Notes: generated by a model from the letters alone, not told the origin. Shown: positions 1 to 12,800, counted from the stretch's first letter. The stretch: 32,086 nucleotides of DNA from Catajapyx aquilonaris (GCA_000934665.2 JYFJ02004453.1:1-32086), one strand, 5' to 3'. Made by a program: numbers and translations.

Positions 1-397
1 GGGGGGGGATTAGAGGGTGGGATTAAGGAAGGTTCCGGGCTGGATGTCGGAGGTCTTAATACGGGATCGTCGTCCCATTTGGCCGGGCGCGTGTAGATTA
101 GTCGACAGACGGACTAGGGAATTGTCCGGGAAACAATTTCCTCCGGGGCCTTGGGAGGTGATGGGGGGAAGAGCGTGCCGTATCCAAAGGTGAAAGGAAT
201 CCAGGGGTAAGACCCTCCTGTAAATAGTAGGGATTTTTGAGACACCCGGTGCGGCACGTGGATTTGGACGCGGCCCGACTCAGCTTCTGTGCCAATCAGG
301 ATCGAGCTCTTAGACTAAAAGGCGCAAAGGCTGCGTTCGATTTCACCTACTTTTAACTGACCGTTACTCTGGAAATTTGCTGCAAATTTTATTAACT

Positions 398-653
398 TCC
401 GGAGTGAAATTCACTCAAAAAGAGCTTTTTTCGAAATTGCACTCTCATTTTTTAGAGACATACAGTATGGTGGAATTTTCGTCCAACTGCTAGTTACTGC
501 TAACTTAGCAGTACCATATTGCCAACACTGGTGTTGCTAAGTTAGCAGTAAAATTAGCAGTGGGACGAAAATTCCACCACATTTCTCTTAAAAAATTAAG
601 AGTGGAAATTTTACTCTGAAAATGTGCAATTTCGAAAAACGCTGTGCTCCGGA
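398..653. mobile_element. Nested foldback / MITE-like inverted repeat
   Basis: Inner arms at 468-579: GGTGGAATTTTCGTCCAACTGCTAGTTACTGCTAACTTAGCA versus TGCTAAGTTAGCAGTAAAATTAGCAGTGGGACGAAAATTCCACC, near-perfect reverse complements. Outer imperfect arms: TCCGGAG...TTTTTCGAAATTGCAC versus GTGCAATTTCGAAAAA...CTCCGGA. Confidence 0.65.
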
Positions 654-659
654 AAGATT

Positions 660-841
660 TACAAGGTGTCCCACAAGTCTGGAACCATTAGATTGGGATT
701 GTTGGTTTCCAGTTGGTGCCAATTGGCATCAGGTTGTTGACAACAGTCACTAACGGTTGAATTGGCACAGTTGGCAGTTGTCACAACTGGTAACCAACAA
801 TACATATTACCTATCGTTTCGGACTGGTACGACACCCTGTA
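660..841. mobile_element. Tc1/mariner-type MITE (about 178 bp) flanked by TA
   Basis: TA(660-661)+CAAGGTGTCCCACAAGTCTGGAAC at the left end and GTTTCGGACTGGTACGACACCCTG+TA(840-841) at the right end form imperfect CAGGGTGTC-type TIRs with a TA duplication. There is also an internal inverted pair, ATTGTTGGTTTCCAGTTG (698) / CAACTGGTAACCAACAAT (ends 801). Confidence 0.6.
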
Positions 842-849
842 CTTTAACT

Positions 850-1024
850 TCGAGTGGAAAAATTACTCGAAAGAATAGTGAAAATAAGTTGGAGACTACT
901 CTTTCAGTGAGTAAAACCTATTGTACTCAATTTGAGTGAAATAATTACTTATCCTGATCACTCTAAGTGATCGAATGATGTTCACTCAAATCGAGTGGAA
1001 AATCACTCGTAAATTTTTAGAGTA
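850..1024. repeat. Degenerate GAGTG(N)nTACTC/CACTC subrepeat array, probably a DNA-transposon remnant
   Basis: CGAGTGGAAAATTACTCG near 851 recurs as CGAGTGGAAAATCACTCG near 992. Similar units occur at about 402 and 600. The array ends in TTTTTAGAGT. Confidence 0.4.
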
Positions 1025-2898
1025 TAACTAGCTCTTAACGGCCGGTTAAAATATGATGTGAATACGACGCAATGTTGGTTGCATACGTATCAGGATAACT
1101 CTCCGGGCTAATTAAATCCTGCTCCCTTTTTAATCCTGTTCCGGACCCGGCAAGGATTTCTTCCCCACTTACTTTCCAGGCCCGGAACAATTGATCTTCG
1201 TCGTGGTTTGGACTTTAAATAGTCATTGATTGAATAATGCACTTGGAAATTGAATCTCCGATACCGCCTTCCCGGTGATAAATTGAATTTCGAAGACATA
1301 CGAGCAGCAAGTGGAAGACACCCTCTCCCTCCTCCTCCTCGATTTTGCCTGTGGGTTCCATCCACTTGTGTTCCGGATCCTCGTCTTTTCCGGGTCGGAA
1401 TCCGGGGAGAACTAAATATTATCCGGGCACTTACGCCTTCCCCGTAAAATTATGACATTTGTTATGTATAGGCTATTTATTTATTTGAAGACAGTTTGGC
1501 GGTGCTCATATCACGTAACATGTTTGTCATCAATGGTTTACGGAAAGTTTGCTGACGCGGAAGTGATTTACGCGAGTGATTAAGCTGTACTTCCGGAATT
1601 TCTCACTTCCTGAGACATTTGCGGAGGTAAATATTTACGCGTTTTTATACATACTTTGGTAGTATTCAGCTGTCACTTGCTTCGCAGCTCATTTGCGCCT
1701 CTGTCTTTTGTGCTGTGTTTATCAACACTCATTATTTTAACACCCAAGCCTCTCCAGAGGGGTTTAAAAATATACCAAACGCAAAAGCGCGACTTGTGTA
1801 ATAGACGTGTCTGAGGAAAAACTACTAGGTGTCTCATAAAGCGGCGAATGGGGTGGGTGGCTTGCCTCTTTCTGCGTCGACACTGAGAGAAAGAAGGAAA
1901 CGATGTGGAAAGAGGCGCGAGAGAGAGAGACTCTTCTGGAGCTCGGTTATTTCGGTCTTTTAGCCAGCCTTTCCGCACAAGGTCGCCGTCTCTTTGGACC
2001 AATGCCCGGAGTCATCTTGTATTTTTGCTCCAGGCCAAGGGACATACATGTAGTGTGTGTATATACCTGATGCAAAATGCGCAACAGGGCACGTGGCCAT
2101 TAGAGGCTGTTGATACTTGTAAAAAAAATAAAGTGCAGACATCAACACTGAAAGATATTTAAAATTATTCGTTGTATGATTGTCTGCAGTTGTACGCATG
2201 CGCAATGGGGAAACACAGCGCCTCTGGTGGATGAAAATAGGAACTAGTAGCACAATAATAATAAAAGGCAAAGTTTGTTTGGCAACCACTTGTAGATTCA
2301 TCCTTTAACGTTTGATACGCTCTCCCATTTTCCCTAGGACCAACCCCCCCAAAAAATGGGGCCCGATTGTTCCAAATGACACCCAGGTGACCAGTTAGGT
2401 CGGTTCGAAATCCGATCGAAATGACCTCCGGGATTGGTCAGGAGGGAAGGGGATATTGCGGAGGCGTGGACTCTGAAAAGAGGTTCCGTCAAACTTGGAA
2501 AAGGAGCAAAATGGACTGCGTTTTGCGTCGCAGCGGGGCCTTGTTACATAATGGTTTCTCTAGCCTGGGGGAGGGGGTAAACGCGGTCCTGTTGCTTCTC
2601 CAGTATAAACACCGATGGGTTGTGTCGCCACCTGGGTTTGGAGGAGTGAAGAGGGTGGGTGTGGGGGAGGCCAAAACAACGTAGGCTGGGGCTGGCCATG
2701 AATGAAAAGGAACGTGGCGACGTGATCGATCTCACTCCATGGCAACCGAAATCCCCCCTCGTGTTTGGGCGGGAAGGAAAAGGACTGACGTGGGTTGCTA
2801 GAGTGGAGAAGTAGCAGCGTTGGAAGCGTGGCGTGGCGGCCAATGGGATCAAAGGGGAGCCGCAATTGGTCGAGAAGACGTGCGACGTCAGGCCATGA

Positions 2899-3046
2899 TG
2901 TTGTGACGTCACATCCTGATGTTCTGATGTCATATCCGACTGCTGTGATGTCATATCCGACTGCTGTGATGTCATATCCGATTGCTGTGATGTCATATCC
3001 GATTGCTGTGATGTCATATCCGATTGCTGTGATGTCATATCCTGAC
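2899..3046. repeat. 21-bp minisatellite, about 7 copies (TGCTGTGATGTCATATCCGAY)
   Basis: Clean units start at 2941, 2962, 2983, 3004 and 3025, with diverged units at 2899 and 2920. It explains the repetitive SQQSDMT, GYDITAI and VMSYPTA ORFs. Confidence 0.95.
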
Positions 3047-3352
3047 GCCACGTCAGAATAGGGATTGTCCTGCTCATTAAATTGTTAATTGATTATAATA
3101 AATTATTAACTGAGGAGAGGCCCTTTTGTGAGTCGTAGGCCAATGAGCTTCTACAGAAGCGGCTTGGATCACATGACCATACTAATTGCGTCTCATGTAG
3201 CAGGCCCTCGACTGTAATCGCCATAAATTACTGTAATTAATTGCCACCTGTTATAAATGCAGTAGGCTGAACTGGTTCAAGTACAGGCCCGCACGGATCA
3301 AAAGCGATCCATTTTAACCCTTGCATAACGCGTGAAGCAAAGATGCCAATAG

Positions 3353-3392
3353 ATACTGCTAGTTACTGCGCTAAGTTAGCGAAAATTCCACC
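3353..3392. repeat. Internally deleted copy of the 468-579 inverted-repeat element
   Basis: ACTGCTAGTTACTGC-GCTAAGTTAGC-GAAAATTCCACC matches pieces of both arms of 468-579. Confidence 0.55.
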
Positions 3393-6300
3393 CATTATTC
3401 TGAATGAGATTTTTTTAAAAAAAATCATATTCAGTGTTGGTAGTACTGTATACGAAGAGTCAACCAATCCCAGTGCAACCTGCGCTGATTGGCCGTAACA
3501 CTTCCGACGTTGCCACATCTCCGGCCCGGTTCAGTGACACTTTTGACGGGGCATATTGCACCCAGGGCCTTCCCCTCCATAAAATGAGAATCGTACTCAC
3601 GACAGCCCCTGGGAGTAGTATAAGGGAACCCCGGAGTGTCTACTGGAAGCCTTCTCTCATAACTGCCATCAATCACCTGAGACTGGCTAGATGAATTGTT
3701 AGCCTAGCAACGTGGTTGGAATGCCCGGCATAGTGAGTTCTGCCCGGACTCAATAACCTGCCTACATTACACAGCTGCGTCGAATACTTCAAGCATTTGC
3801 GAGCACACTCTGTATAGTGTAAATTTTTTCACGAGGGGGAGGTGGGGGGAGGTTGGAACAGGGTGGGGGGCATGCAATAATTTTGCAAGCTTTTTCTACT
3901 CTCTCTCTCCTCTCTAGATATACTCGCAACACTGGGGGAAGAATGCGGAATGCGTGGGCAATATTTTGTGAGACCTATAGGGTCACGTTGAAAACCACGG
4001 GCTTTACCGATAGGCTCCTGATAGGCTCCCGCAATATGAGGAATTTCGTGGGGGGCAAAAAAAAATTGCAGGTCCTTGAGTGGTGGTGGCATGAAAAATA
4101 TAATAATCGACGGCGCATAAATTTTTTAAATGCAATCGTTATGGCAAAAAAAGGGTGTCATTATTTGTGATAGCACTTCAATTTTTGGTAGCCTGTAATT
4201 GGGGAAATGTGTTGAATCATAGAAGTACACTATATTAGGTGATTCAATGGCCACAAAAATCTAGCAAATTTCTTTTTAACAAAACGCAAGCGCTTTTGAG
4301 GCTAAATGTCTGTGTGAATGCGTCTCTAAGGCGCCTTCAAAGTTACTGAAAAGAAAGTTTACACCCACAAAATTTTTTTTTTCTAGGTCGGATATAAAAA
4401 CGGCGGCACTTCCCCCCCAACCTTTTCCGGGGTGGTAAAACAAACGATTCGTCTCTCTCTTTCGTATGTACGTTAGATAATGGTGTTCCCAGGAAGACGT
4501 TTTGGAGACGTTCCTCCCCACCCACTTTTTTTCTGTGTTCCTCCTACTCCTCCACCCCTACTGCCATTTGCCTGCATCCAGTTTCTCGCATCAGAGTTTC
4601 CTAATGTGATTTCGGTCTCCCGTAATCTCATTTTTATTGGGAAGGAGGGAACATTTTTTTTTGTAAAAAAAAAAGAAGCAACGGGTGAATACTAAACACA
4701 TTTTTTTCTTTAAAAAAAGGAAAAGGTCGTGCCAAATAGCCCACCCTATTTTTTTATTGAAACATTTTTTCGGCGAATAATAAATCAGTGACGTCAGTGG
4801 GTGACTTACAGGAAAAAACGAGTCACAAGACTGAGGATATGGAAGCACATTAACCCCTAAAACAAGGCCAGCGGTGGGCAGGAAGGGGGGGATAAAAAAA
4901 TTTTGACTGCAAAATGTAGTGCATTGTTGGTAATGCACACACACAAGCCCTGGCGAATAATGTTAAGCATGTCCATGCCGTATTCCAAGCATGTGCTCTG
5001 GGTACCAGCTTTTGTTTCTCATGAAAGCGAGGGTGGGAGGGGGGATGCCCAGGTTTTTGTTTATTTTCAGTAAGCACCGGGGTCATATATGTGTGTATAT
5101 TTTTTTTTACAAGTGCTTATTGCTCCAAAAAAGAAGGTTGTGTTTAGTTGCGAGACCGCTGAATGATGCAGTACTTTTTTAAAAAAACGAACTGCAGTAG
5201 ATATTTATCTTTTGAGGCATAAGTGATTGACGTAGAGCCAAAGATGACAACTTTGAGGTTACAATGAAGCGTTACAAGCTGAAATAACACTCGTAGCTTG
5301 TTTTAGTTGACTGATAGTTTAACTGACAATTTTTGACTCAATTGGAGTGTATGACCACTCAAAAGTATGAATGTTTGATAACATTAACCCCCACAGGACC
5401 AGCAAACTTGAAAATCAGGGTACAGTTGTTGCACACTAATGCAATTACTTTTTCCACATGTTTTCCAATACAAAAACCTCGAACGGCTTAGAGTTGTCAT
5501 CCGAAATGTTGATAAATGTCATGTCGGCCATCAGTTTTGGCCCGCTGTAATTCGTTTTGCATGTTGGACCCCTGCATTTGTGGGTGACCAATAGGCAAAA
5601 AAAAAGGGCCATTGACCGTTTGGGCGACGCAACCCTTAACCCCTCCTGAATATAACCGTCCATAATAATAGGACCTAGGAGTCTGCAACACAATGAAAGC
5701 CTAAACCTTTCCAACACTAGGAAAAGAGGGGAAAAGGTTCAAAACAAGGATAGGGTTTGGTGTGGGTGGGAAGAGGGGGGGGGGAGGGAGGGAGGGAAAG
5801 AAAAGAAATGTCCCTATATTTTTAGAAAAGCATTAAAATTTTACCCTCCAAGGTTAGCCTTGGGAAGCATTGGGACCCATTTGGTGAAAGGGTATCCGCC
5901 ATTTTGATGATGGTCCAATCCGACAAAAGAAGAAGAGGGGGAGGAGGGGGGGGCGCACAGAAAGTGACCTTGTCCACCCCACTGTCCAGACAAAGGAAAA
6001 TGAAAATCCTTTCCGCCTGCAAATGAAAAGGAATCAGGAGGGATGGTGATTACCGGCCATGAGTGATGGAAAGTGACACATTGTTAGAGTGGAAGGTTTG
6101 GTGCCTGCATTTTAGAACCGGGGTGGGGAAGGAGGGGGGGGATGGAAACGGACACGCGGACCCAAGGAGTAAAAGAGATAAGCCTCATTTTTCAGGGGAG
6201 TGAGATGCACCCTCGTCAAATGGACCTTGTGGTCCCGGGCCAAGATGAGGGCCATTTTGGGACTGTTTGTCAGTGTCTGAAAATTCGGGTACGGGCTCAA

Positions 6301-6560
6301 GGGATAATTTTTTTTCCTCTCCCCTTCCATCCTCCTCCCCCTCCCTAGTTTTCCTACGAAATTTTTCACCGAGTTGGAGAAAAAATAGCCGCGGGGACAA
6401 AGGTTGCGCATGTAGATTCCTCTGCCGTTTGATAAAGCAACTTGGCATTAGTTATACGGGAGGCCCACAGGAGCCTGAATCGTCCCTATATAGTTTTTTT
6501 TTCAGCTATTCTTTATCAGAGCAATTTCAGGTGTCCTACTCGCAATGTTGAAATAACTAA

Positions 6561-6700
6561 GGGCCAGTTCCACCGAGCTCAGTATAACTTAGAACTTCGG
6601 TTATATAACAAGAATTTGTCAACAATGAAAACTGAGGATTTTTTTTTAGAAAATAAACTCGGATTTATAATGTACTGAGCGTGGAGAAACCAGCACAGCA
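6561..6700. mobile_element. Degenerate inverted-repeat element, possibly a PIF/Harbinger-like MITE
   Basis: Left end TAA+GGGCCAGTTCCACCGAGCTCAGTA is an imperfect reverse complement of TACTGAGCGTGGAGAAACCAGCAC (about 6674-6697). The family call rests only on the GGGCC end and the flanking TAA. Confidence 0.3.
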
Positions 6701-9600
6701 ACTGTTGTGAAGCAAACCCAGTGTTTTCTTCTCATGTTGAATAAACTACGATTTTTGAGACATGCATTTTAACCTGAGCTCAAGTTCCATTTTGTGTAGA
6801 GAACAAGCTTGGTCATTCCTGGCCTGACAAGAACAGACGCTGCTGAGGTTTCATTTTGGGGGGTGGCGACTCAAAAGGAAAAGGGGCAAGGCTACATGCT
6901 GACAAGTGTTTTCTCGCAAATTAATCGCGTACAAAGTAGCAGCCTATATGTTTTCTCGGGATCTTGTGAGTCAGTTTTTTTTTCTCGTGGCACGAGTCCC
7001 AGTTTTAAGAACACTTACAGTGTAGTGTTATCTCCGATTACAATGTTTAGCAAAAAAACAAACAAACCTAATATATCAGCTTCTACATGACGGACAGGAC
7101 GAACGAATCGGAGGAAGACAAGGACATATTTTTCAATCAAATATTTTTGGGATGGTTGCATTTTCCATTTCTTCGTATATACATTTTTTTTCCACTTTTC
7201 CAACGTCCGCCATTTCGTCCCTCCTTTTGTTCGTCGCCATTACAAATGAAGCTCGGCCTGCGGGAGCACGGCTTAATGCCCAGCAGTGCATTGACTGCCC
7301 AGTGATTTATGAGTTGTGATGTTTGGGGTGGTTATGGTGTGGGGGTTTCAAACCGCGGTTTTTGAAGAGTGGGGGTGGAGTTTTTCGAAGATGGTCGTAC
7401 CCCTCTACCACTTCTCTCTCTCCAAAAAAAAGAGGGCCATGGCCGCTTCCCTCCCTTACGACTAATGGATTCTCTCGGCAAGAAAGTTATTATTTCGGAA
7501 TTTTCTACCGGAGCTTGTTTTCGGGCCAAGGGACATTGAAAGATGATGGAAAATTTCTAATGGAAGGCCAAGGACATGGATTTTTGGGGAAGAACGTCTG
7601 ACACCAAGGATAAGAGTTGGAGGAAGTGAGGGAAAAATCAGAGTTGTGGACATTGTAATGATCCTGGGCCTTCCTTCAGCTTCTTCTTCTTCGGGGGCGT
7701 CTTTAAGCACGTGAGGTGACAGCAGAAAACCGGGCGCCCTTCCCAAATGCAAATGACTTGAGGAAAGGGGCACCCCCCCCCCTCCTCCAACCAAGAAGAG
7801 GAAAAGATGTCATCCCAACCAACCTTCCTTGGCAATCTTGCGGAATTACTCAGGCGACCTGCTGGTGGGGCGTGGCTCCTGGGAGACCCTGTCGCGTCGG
7901 TGGGGGATTCCCCGACCTGAATCTCTAATCATCTGGGCGAATGCGCCGTTTTCAAGATCGAGACGCCCAGAGTTGCACTACTCTCCAGGGAGAAGAAAAA
8001 AAATTTGCAACAAAAAAATGACCGAAATGTGCATTAAAATATGCAATTATTTGTTATAATCATGCAAAAAAATGCTCTCCGTTTGCTCAAAAATTCTGCC
8101 GCCGAAATTTTTATCCTTGAATGACGCAACCCTGTAACGTAAGAGAGGCTTGAGGGTTGCATAAACGGTCAGGATAACTAGTTTTTCCACTTCCAATTTT
8201 TTTGAGGGAGTTTTTTTAAAAAACTGGGCTGTCAGGCACGGTTACCAGGTGTAAATTGGCAGCAGGGGAGCTTTGGCTGTTCGGTTGTCCGTGGACGTCG
8301 AGCGTCGGTTGGCGTCGGAAGGGGAGAGGGGGGGCGTTGACGGGGCGTCAACTGGAAGGCCTCAAGAGTGAAGTGACAGTCGTTAATTTTCTTTCCAAAT
8401 TAGTCTAGGAAACTGGGGGTGGAAGTTAATTATCACAAATTCAGAGCCTTTAACCCCCTTCACTACAGGGTGGTCCAACATACTGCTTAGTTGCTGTGTC
8501 GGAGGAGTTTCCTCCCCGGTCGGAATTGGAGGGGAATTGCCCTCGGGAAAAATATATATTGGGGTGCGATACATAAAAGGCAGCAGCTGACGGATTCCCA
8601 GCTTTTGCTTTTTTCGTTGGCAACAAAAGAAAAAGGGAGCTTCTCACAGTTCGTTAAGAGGGGGAGGGAGGGGAAGGTGGCCAATTAAAAGGAGTATTGA
8701 CAGGTACTGAGGTGGGGGGAGGGGAGAAGACGGAGGTGTTTCCGCAAATGGTGGCACTAACAACCTATGTTTATCGCTTGTGCTTTGTCCGGTTCACGCC
8801 TTAAGATGTCGACCGGTTACTTGACTGCCAATCAGGTTAGATCTACTGAGATGCTATCGGTGTCGGATTTTTTTTTCTTTTCCCGGGAGCATGAAATTAC
8901 ACTGGGGTTTTTTTTCGGACGAGGATTTTCGTGAGAGCAGCCAGAAGTGGAGCAGAAGGTTTTTCATTACACTTGCGTCACTCCCCAGGCATTGTTCTAA
9001 GCCGGAGGAACTTGGATGCTCCTCCAGAAGGGTCCGTCATGCACAAGGGATCGGATAGTCTCCTCCTCTAACTCAGCCCGGGGAGAGGAGGGTCACACCG
9101 CTGGAACAATAGGCATGTTTCGCATTCGCGACATTCTTGCAACATGAGACTTTTGGGGGACGCAACCTGAGACTCCTGAAAAAGACGGAAAGGAAAGGGA
9201 AGATGAGGCTTTATTGGACACACGGTGAAAACGCACCATATTGAAACACCACAAATTTTTCTGAAGGGATCATTTTTTTTGGTGGAGGGGGGGGGGGGTG
9301 CTTCAGACTGTGCAATATATGATCTTTGGCGTGATCTCCCCGGCATAATAGGTTCCCGCAATAATTAATAACTGGAGTAGCGAAGCCAGTCGGGGCAGTA
9401 ATCAATTTCCATATTCAAAAGAAGGCAGTGCCAAGAACGCGCCAGACCCCGTGATTAATGGGAAGATACACGGTTGCTCATCCCTTCCTTTTTGCCATGG
9501 AAAATGGGTGCTGCCATAGAGAGAAGGGTGACGCTGCATCATTTCGAACAAATAAAGGGAAAATTGCTTGGTAACTTTCTCCCCCCTGAAGCTGATGAGT

Positions 9601-9802
9601 GGGAATCCCGAGAAAATCCGCGCGGACACTGAGCGACTCGCACACGTGGATCTGGGATCCCGAGAAAAGCTGTGCGAACACTGAGCGACTCGCACGTGGA
9701 TCTGGGATCCCGAGAAAAGCTGTGCGAACACTGAGCGACTCGCACGTGGGTGTGAAGAGTGGGAGCGGATCCCGAGAAAATCTGTGCGAACACTGAGAGA
9801 CT
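9601..9802. repeat. 50-bp tandem repeat, about 4 copies
   Basis: Unit GGGATCCCGAGAAAAGCTGTGCGAACACTGAGCGACTCGCACGTGGATCT at 9654 and 9704, a diverged copy at 9601 and a partial copy at 9767. Confidence 0.95.
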
Positions 9803-12800
9803 TACGTTTCTAGTCTCCCTGCTGGACATTACACGTCTCAATTATCCTTCAGAGGGCAATGTTTGGGAGCTGGGGGTGTTGAAAAGTGGCGTAAGTGCGC
9901 TCTTCAGCCAGGCAAGTGGGGGATCTGAGTGCAGAAGTGCTTGCAAAGTCCTTCCCCCCCAAAAACCCATCCTCCTCTTTTCCACTGTGTGAGGCAAGGG
10001 GGGTTAGGTTGGAAATGGTGGCGTCGGGAGAGGGGGGAGAAATGGAAAAAAGGGTGGGTGGGTGGGCTTCGAAGAAAAATGATCCATTTATCTTGGAGGA
10101 GCCGGAGGCACGGTGGCGCCAGGTTAAAAAGCGACGGCTGGATGGAAACGTATCGGAACTGAAAGGGCTGAAGCTTGACTAATGCCGGGGCTTAGGGGGG
10201 GCCGAATCAGGCCGATTGTTCTCGGAGGAGTCTGTAACGAGGCGAACGGGGAGAGAGGAGGAGGAGGAGGAGGAAGAAGAAAGTTGGGGAGGAAAGAGCT
10301 ATCACAAGAGTACTCCCAAGACTGCTGACCCTGCACTTAGATCTTAAGCGGAAAGGTTCCTCCAGATCAATTCCTATCAGTGTGAAATGTTTCATACTAA
10401 CCGCTTATTTATTGGCTGGAAACAGTTTTTTTCAGAGAGGGTTGGATGCGCCATCTATGCGACGCGAGTGCGCACCCACACTAGCGCAGCTTCATTGTTA
10501 TGACAACAACGTTGCTATATGTATAGCCCCTAAGGTTCGTTCAGACCTTTGGCAATGTCGCAAATGTCCGCCATTTCGTTTTTCCCCGCAGGTGTCTTGA
10601 AGTCTGGTATATCCGGATATGGATAATGCGCGAATTGTAGTGCGCACGCAGTTGCGTTCGTAAAAAAAATTCAACTGTGTGAAAGTTATAAATAAATTTA
10701 AGAGATGCGTTTTCTAGCAGGTGTGCATAACTTCGGTAAGTAGTGATAGTGTCGGTAGCGGTCGGTAGTTAACTTTGTGAGTTGCAGCTGATTGGTGGCC
10801 ACAGAATCGTCTGGTTGGAAGAGTTGAAGGGGTGGAGAGGGGGGGGGGGGGCTGAAATTTGGTGCATGCCTGGCTCATTGAGCGATGTAAATGCAGTCTG
10901 CGGGCCTATTTGCATGGAGAAATGCGACTGTTAGCACCACGTTGAAGCAGTGTTGGAGTGGTCGGATGGATGTAGCGATTAATTATGCTGCCACATGTGG
11001 GCCCCTGGCTGTTTCAATGTTGGGAGTTATCATATTGGGGGGGTTATACGCCGCTGGAGGGGGCCCAGCAAGATATGTGCCACCCCATTTTTTGGTGGGA
11101 GGGGATTTTTGTGTGTGTGCAAAACCAGCCGACAGCTGTATTAAAGCTAGGCTAGCTGTCTAGGGGGTTTTAGCCCGCTCAAAAATTGGTGTTACCGGTA
11201 CCATTATATTCCGGATGGTACGCGGTAGCCTACATCAAAATTTCGAAGGAAAAAGAAATCGAGTGATATATCGCCACAACGCTACAAAAATATCATTTGT
11301 GTGTTGCGTTGGGTTGCGTCATGCAAGGATTAAAAGTTGCTATTTGGTTGCTGGGGCAAACTTTCCCAATTTTGAAGTGTGGGGCAGCTCTCACACACTT
11401 TTTTTTTGCGGCGTAAAACTAATGATACGGTGTTGGGGTCAAACGCCCAGTTTATGAATAGTAGTTAGGCCCTCGCGTGATTGACAGGACTCGCCCTGCC
11501 GGGCGTGGGTTACATGTGTCGGCACACATGATCTCGCCCACATGTGCCCAGTGATGTCCTGCAGGGATTGAAAAAAAGGATGGGGGGGAGGGGGGAGCCA
11601 TGGAAATTACACCAGTGATCATCAGGAGTGGTTAAGGAGAGGGTGGAGCAGCTGTGAAAATTGTTACCGGTTGTAATTCGCGTTTTTTTGCCTTCACCGG
11701 ATTATTTCCAAAACTGGATTGGAGAGGCCGGAAAAAAAGGGTGTCACCCGCCTCCAGGTGATGGTGATTTACAGTACCGGCATTTGGAGTTGATTGACAC
11801 CTTGTAAGTTAGGCGTGAATTCATTCGCCACCCTGTAACTATAGGCACAAGCGTGAAAGTAATTCTCGTGCCCAAGCTTAATGGCGTGCCTGTCATATTT
11901 CATTATCTTGTTATTCGGGAAATGGGGTTTTTTCCCTCTTTAACGACGTAAAACTGTACGTGTTATACGGCTTCAGGTATGCGGTTCCGTTACATGTCGA
12001 TTGCGATTACGTTCAACTAATGATTCATAGAAAAAATGGCTGCATTGTTGGCTGTGAGTGGTCCCGTTGTCACGTTGAGGATAAGAAAACAAACTTTATC
12101 TGGCCTTGACTTGGCAATCGACATTACGTAGTTCAGAGAGTGGGGTTTGCATTGGCATAACTCCAGATACACATGTGTCCCCACACCCCAACCGACCAAC
12201 CTTCCCCGATGAAGTATCAACATCAACAAAAACATTTCAGTCATGTGACGAGTCCGATGTGGGTCATATGCCAGCAGGGAAATTCCTTGATACACATTTA
12301 ATTCTAATTTTTTTTTTCTTCCCCGGCCAGTCACTTAGACCGGAATTTGAGGCCAAGCGTCTGTCACCAAGTTATCCGGAAACTTTCGTTTGACCCTGGG
12401 ATAGGAAGACGGAAGAGGAGTCAACCNGGGGGGGGACAGAACTACAACCAAGGGTAATAATGACAGGAGGAAACCTTGAGAGGGTCGGTTGTTGCCCGGG
12501 TGGTGTCCTCTTCCTTTTTGGCTCCTTTCTCTCTCAGGATTGTGCTTTGGACGTATATCCCAAGGTTGTTTCCTTGGGGTCGAAAGGGTCTGGACACCAT
12601 GGGAAAACTGACCCTCCAAGGGAAAGTTTGAGGCGTGGGTGGGGGGATGGGTTTCCAAAACAACCAATCCCCCCTATCCAAAAACGGTCGGGTTGGAATT
12701 TATTTCTAGGGGAAAAGGTTCTAATATGGCTATAACTCTACCGGAAGTTAGTTTATTTTTGAGAAGAAGGACGCGGGGTTGCAGTGCAAACTGGCTGCGT

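Noticed and set aside
2399..2418. GGTTCGAAATCC hairpin resembling a tRNA T-arm or Pol III B-box
   Set aside because: No cloverleaf, acceptor stem or correctly spaced A-box could be built.
2544..3077. 177-aa, 163-aa and 88-aa ORFs with heptad repeats
   Set aside because: A stop-free 21-bp minisatellite keeps several frames open. There is no recognisable domain or splice structure.
6066..6101. ATG-initiated MESDTLLEWK followed by GTTTGG, which mimics the ...WK| end of the upstream FoxO exon
   Set aside because: No forkhead similarity beyond WK, a weak donor and an in-frame stop just upstream. A match like this is expected by chance in 25 kb.
9601..9802. CRISPR-like appearance of this array and of 23950-24408
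   Set aside because: The units are contiguous tandem copies with no unique spacers, there are no cas genes, and the context is a eukaryotic intron.
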